Shown: in pieces, positions 60,612-64,000 of the stretch
Position numbering within the stretch: the first letter of the stretch is position 1
Layout: every line of letters begins with the position of its first letter
NCBI GenBank assembly: GCA_035631615.1
Contig: DASQIK010000088.1
Location: 721 to 64,720 of the forward strand
Source: Candidatus Dormiibacterota bacterium
GTDB lineage: Bacteria; Chloroflexota; Limnocylindria; Limnocylindrales; CSP1-4
DNA length: 64,000 nt
Reading direction: 5' to 3'
The notes under the pieces: model-generated
Seen by the model: only the letters and a program-made list of their open reading frames with translations
The model's database searches: none
What the model was told of the DNA's origin: nothing
Position numbers and translations under genes: made by a program

Positions 60612-62027
60612 ATGAACCGACCCGGGATCGCGGCCCTCCTCTCCGCGCTGTGGCCCGGGCTCGGACAGGCGTGGCTTGGCGCCCGGCGCCGCGCGCTGCT
60701 GGTTGCGCTGCCGATGTTCGGGCTCGTCGCGGCGGTCGCCGCAGTCGCCCTGCTGAATGTTCGGCTCCTCATCGACGGCTTCGTCCAGCCGGGCACGCTC
60801 GAGGCGATCCTGGTCGGGGTGCTCGTGCTCGCCGTGTACCACCTGCTCGCCGTGCGCGACGCGTTCCGGGTGGGCGTGCGACGCGGCGGGCCGGATGCCT
60901 CGGGGCGAACGCCGATCCTGTTGCTGGCCCTGGCGCTCGTCGTCGGGCTCTACGGCTCGGTCGAGCTCGTCGGCGTGCACGCGTACGAGGCGACGTCGAC
61001 GATCTTCGTGAACCCCGGCACGGGCTTCACGATCCCGAGCGCCAGCTTCGCGCCGACGGACGAGCCGGGCTCCGCGCTGGGCACGACCCCCTCCCCCTCG
61101 CCCGAGCCGAGTGCGACAGCGCTCCCCGTCCCGGCGTGGGCCGCGGACGGCCGGCTCAACCTGCTCCTCATCGGCAGCGATGCCGGCCCGGGTCGCTGGT
61201 CGCTCCGAACCGACACGATGATCGTGCTGAGCGTCGACATCGCGACGCACCGTGCCGCGATGTTCGGGATCCCGCGGAACATCGTGAACGTGCCGCTCGC
61301 GCCCGAGGACCAGGACGCGTTCCCCAATGGCCGCTTTCCCCAGTTCCTGAACGCCCTGTACGTGTACGCCATGGGCCACGCGAATCAGTTTCCCGGCGGC
61401 GACGCCCGCGGCTTCCGGGCGGTGACCGGCGCGGTCCAGGAGCTGGTCGGCGTGCCCCTCGACGGCGCGATCGTGGTCGACCTCAACGGCTTCGTCGACC
61501 TCGTGAACGCGGTCGGCGGGCTCTGGATCAACATCCCGCAACGACTCTATGACGCCCACTACCCGAAGCCGGATGGGAGCGGCTACATCCAGATCTCGAT
61601 CCCGCCGGGCTGCCAGCAGCTGAACGGTGACCGCGCGCTCGAGTACGCGCGGTCGCGGCACCAGGATGACGACTACGCTCGGATGCGCCGCCAGCAGGCC
61701 GTCCTGCTGGCCCTGCGCCACGAGCTGAACCCGATCGCGCTCCTGCCGCGCGTGCCCCAGCTTCTCGACATCGCCAAGAACAACCTGTGGACGACGATCC
61801 AGCCGGGCGACATCGCCGACCTGGCGGCCCTCGCCGCACACGTCGATTCGCATGACATCCAGACCATCGAGCTCTCGCCGCCGACGTATCCCGAGTTCCT
61901 GAACACCGAGGAGATCAAGGCGATCCAGAAGCGCGTCCAGACGATCTTCGCGGCGGTGCCGTCGGCAGCCGCGTCGCCATCGCCGATGCCCTCGGCGACC
62001 CCGAAGCCCTGCCCGCAGACCCCGTAG
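60612..62027 (+). CDS. LytR-CpsA-Psr (LCP) family cell-envelope phosphotransferase
   Basis: 471 aa with N-terminal TM helices. LCP core: LNLLLIGSDAG....RTDTMIVLSVD, GIPRN, LNGDRALEYARSRH.DDDYARMRRQQ. Confidence 0.85.
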   Translation: MNRPGIAALLSALWPGLGQAWLGARRRALLVALPMFGLVAAVAAVALLNVRLLIDGFVQPGTLEAILVGVLVLAVYHLLAVRDAFRVGVRRGGPDASGRTPILLLALALVVGLYGSVELVGVHAYEATSTIFVNPGTGFTIPSASFAPTDEPGSALGTTPSPSPEPSATALPVPAWAADGRLNLLLIGSDAGPGRWSLRTDTMIVLSVDIATHRAAMFGIPRNIVNVPLAPEDQDAFPNGRFPQFLNALYVYAMGHANQFPGGDARGFRAVTGAVQELVGVPLDGAIVVDLNGFVDLVNAVGGLWINIPQRLYDAHYPKPDGSGYIQISIPPGCQQLNGDRALEYARSRHQDDDYARMRRQQAVLLALRHELNPIALLPRVPQLLDIAKNNLWTTIQPGDIADLAALAAHVDSHDIQTIELSPPTYPEFLNTEEIKAIQKRVQTIFAAVPSAAASPSPMPSATPKPCPQTP

Positions 62028-62037
62028 CATTGCCTGG

Positions 62038-62742
62038 ATGGCCCAGCTCGACTTCGACGACTTCGACGTCCTGACCTTCGACTGCTACGGCACCCTCATC
62101 GACTGGGAGACGGGGCTGCTGAGCGCCTTCCGTGCGCCGTTGGCGGCGCACGGCGTCGACGAGGCCGATGGCGCGATCCTCGAGGCGTTTGCCCGGCACG
62201 AGGCGCAGCTCGAGGCGGGTCCGTACCGGCGCTACCGCGACATCCTCGGCGCCGTCCTGGCCGAGATGCTCGAGCACTTCGGGCAGGTTCCATCCGCCGT
62301 CGAGGTCGCGGCGTTCGGCGGCTCCGTCGCGAGCTGGCCGGCGTTCCCGGACTCCGCGGCCGCGCTCCAACGCCTCCACTCGCGGTTCAAGCTGGGCGTC
62401 ATCACGAATTGCGACGACGACCTGTTTGCCGCTTCGGAGGCGAGACTCGGGGTGGACTTCGACTGGGTCGTCACGGCGCAGCAGGCGAAGCGTTACAAGC
62501 CGAACCCGCGCGGCTTCGAGCTGGCATTCGAGCGAATCGGGCTGCCGCCCGCGCGGATCCTGCACGTCGCCCAGAGCCTGTACCACGACCACGTGACCGC
62601 AAAGCGGCTCGGGCTGTCGACCGTGTGGGTCGATCGGCGCGGCAATGAGCCCGGCTCGGGCGCGACGCCACCCGCCGAAGCGAAGCCGGACCTCACCGTG
62701 CCGGACATGGCGACGCTCGCCGCGCTGGCCGTGCCGGCATGA
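62038..62742 (+). CDS. HAD-superfamily hydrolase (haloacid dehalogenase type II-like)
   Basis: Motif I VLTFDCYGTLIDWE. Also KLGVITNCDDD and YKPNPRGFE. Confidence 0.8.
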   Translation: MAQLDFDDFDVLTFDCYGTLIDWETGLLSAFRAPLAAHGVDEADGAILEAFARHEAQLEAGPYRRYRDILGAVLAEMLEHFGQVPSAVEVAAFGGSVASWPAFPDSAAALQRLHSRFKLGVITNCDDDLFAASEARLGVDFDWVVTAQQAKRYKPNPRGFELAFERIGLPPARILHVAQSLYHDHVTAKRLGLSTVWVDRRGNEPGSGATPPAEAKPDLTVPDMATLAALAVPA

Positions 62743-63317
62743 GCGACGACCCGCTGCGCGAGACCCCGATCAGCTCCGAGCTCATCAGGCGCGGCCGCAT
62801 CCTGGAGTTCCGGGTCGACACGATCGAGTCCGCCGACGGCCATCGCTCGACCCGCGACATCGCCGCGCACCCCGGTGGCGTGTGCATCCTCGCGATCGAC
62901 GACGAGGACCGGGTGCTGCTCGTCCGCCAGTGGCGCCACGCGACCGGCGGCCCGTTGCTCGAGATCCCTGCCGGGACGCTCGACCGGGAGCCCGATGGCT
63001 CGATCGAGGACCACGCCGTCGCAGCCGCCCGCGAGCTCGAGGAGGAGACCGGCTCCCGTGCCAGCACCTGGCGCTACCTGGGCAGCTTCTACACGGCCCC
63101 CGGCTTCACGAGCGAGCTGATGCACCTGTACCTCGCAACCGGGCTCACGTTCGCGCACGAGGGCGGGCTCCAGCCCGACGAGGACGAGCGGCTCGAGCTC
63201 TACCCCACCCCGTTCCACGACGCCGTCGCGATGGCCGAGCGCGGGGAGATCCGCGACGCCAAGTCGATCGTGGGCCTGCTCTGGGTCGCCCGGCTCCGGG
63301 AGTCCGAGCGGGGCTGA
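62739..63317 (+). CDS. NUDIX hydrolase (ADP-ribose pyrophosphatase-like)
   Basis: Nudix box GTLDREPDGSIEDHAVAAARELEEETG. The N-terminal beta region is typical of NudF. It has an ATGA overlap with the HAD gene. Confidence 0.85.
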   Translation: MSDDPLRETPISSELIRRGRILEFRVDTIESADGHRSTRDIAAHPGGVCILAIDDEDRVLLVRQWRHATGGPLLEIPAGTLDREPDGSIEDHAVAAARELEEETGSRASTWRYLGSFYTAPGFTSELMHLYLATGLTFAHEGGLQPDEDERLELYPTPFHDAVAMAERGEIRDAKSIVGLLWVARLRESERG

Positions 63318-63325
63318 ACGCGGGC

Positions 63326-63727
63326 TCAGGTCGTCGGTGGGTCGACCTTGGCGAGGGCGTGGCGGTAGAGCGCGGAGCTCGGACACAGCGCGACGGCGAG
63401 CCGGAGATGGGTGCGCGCCTCCGAGGTCCGGCCGAGCTTGCGCAGGCTCGCGGCCAGCGCGAAGTGCGCCCAATGTGCCGACGGATCGAGGTCGAGCAGC
63501 GCCTCGAACGTGTGACGGGCGAGCTCGAACTGGCCGCTGTGGTGATAGGCCCGCCCGAGCGGCTCGAGGATGGAGCCCTTGCCGGGCTCCTCGCGCGCGG
63601 CTCGCTCGAGCACGATTGCCGCCTGGGCGTGGTGGCGGCTCCGGATCAGCGCCTGCCCGCGCTGGAGCAGCCCGTAGGCGCTCTCGCGGTCGGCGTCGTC
63701 AAGCGGGTTGTCGGAGCGCTCGATCAC
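63326..63727 (-). CDS. Tetratricopeptide-repeat protein
   Basis: 133 aa with about three TPR-like helix pairs (AAIVLERAAREEPGKGSILEPLGRAYHHSGQFELARHTFEALLDLDP...). Confidence 0.65.
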   Translation of the reverse strand: MIERSDNPLDDADRESAYGLLQRGQALIRSRHHAQAAIVLERAAREEPGKGSILEPLGRAYHHSGQFELARHTFEALLDLDPSAHWAHFALAASLRKLGRTSEARTHLRLAVALCPSSALYRHALAKVDPPTT

Positions 63728-63845
63728 CCGCCGATGTTCGCACGGAACGCCCTGCCGGGCAGCGAGCGGCGTGGCCGTCAGGCCGGCGGATCCGTCCGGG
63801 TGGCGCAGGCCTTCGAGGCCGCGCTCAGGGGTAGATCTTCGCTCA

Positions 63846-64000
63846 CTACGCCTCGCGCCAGTCCTCGAGCTTGACCACCTTGAGCCGCGGGCTGTCCGTG
63901 CGGCCGGGGATGCGGCCGCGCTTGGCGATCGGCTTGCCGTCGATCTCCTTGATGTCGCCGGTGAAGTCGATGGGCGTGGCGCCGCTGATGTACGAGCCGA
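63846..64000 (-). CDS. C-terminal fragment of an unidentified protein (N-terminus outside the window)
   Basis: My translation is ...GSYISGATPIDFTGDIKEIDGKPIAKRGRIPGRTDSPRLKVVKLEDWREA*, with a TAG stop at 63848..63846 and high GC3. I do not recognise a family. Confidence 0.5.
   Translation of the reverse strand, partial: GSYISGATPIDFTGDIKEIDGKPIAKRGRIPGRTDSPRLKVVKLEDWREA

Noticed and set aside
60129-60620. tRNA-His as an integration site for a genomic island or prophage.
   Set aside because: There is no integrase or recombinase downstream, I saw no repeat of the tRNA 3' end elsewhere in the window, and the flanking genes (YHS, LCP, HAD, NUDIX) have host-like composition.

Overview
High-GC (about 70% by eye), gene-dense chromosomal segment with Actinomycetota-like content: an lhr-nei pair, an LCP protein, LLM/F420-type oxidoreductases, a GTG-rich start codon set and several leaderless-looking promoters. 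I call 58 protein-coding regions (2 cut by the window edges), one tRNA-His, a few hairpins and repeats, and one candidate LexA box. I see no rRNA, CRISPR array, transposase, integrase or prophage. All calls come from reading the translations, motifs and codon bias; no database search was possible, and start codons are approximate where noted. Modules, in order: (1) cyanophycin locus at 1-9.7 kb, with full-length cphA, cyanophycinase, an MFS transporter, an Ntn-type amidohydrolase, a stand-alone CphA paralogue that lacks the ATP-grasp domain, and an LLM oxidoreductase; (2) lhr-nei DNA repair pair with a candidate SOS box; (3) DoxX, HDAC-like, tatA, and a trans-sulfuration/thioredoxin-domain operon; (4) P-loop plus papain-like pair, and a MerR-MFS pair; (5) NHEJ genes ligD and ku, with a coiled-coil PD-(D/E)xK-like protein nearby; (6) a large purine/urate catabolic region at 34-49 kb (uraH, DUF3830-like, hydantoinase-type amidohydrolase, a translationally coupled xdhLSM-uraD-uricase-malate synthase operon, guanine deaminase), interrupted by a compositionally atypical HTH-nuclease-like gene; (7) FAD oxidase, M1 lipoprotein peptidase, MpaB-like, bioY; (8) a CAP-domain protein coupled to a MacB/FtsX-type ABC transporter; (9) tRNA-His, YHS, LCP, HAD, NUDIX, TPR. 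The best candidates for undescribed biology are the G-domain-less cyanophycin synthetase paralogue and its operon, the uncharacterised proteins embedded in the urate pathway where the canonical allantoin-to-glyoxylate enzymes are missing from the window, the HTH-XRE/PD-(D/E)xK islet, and the CAP-protein/ABC operon.
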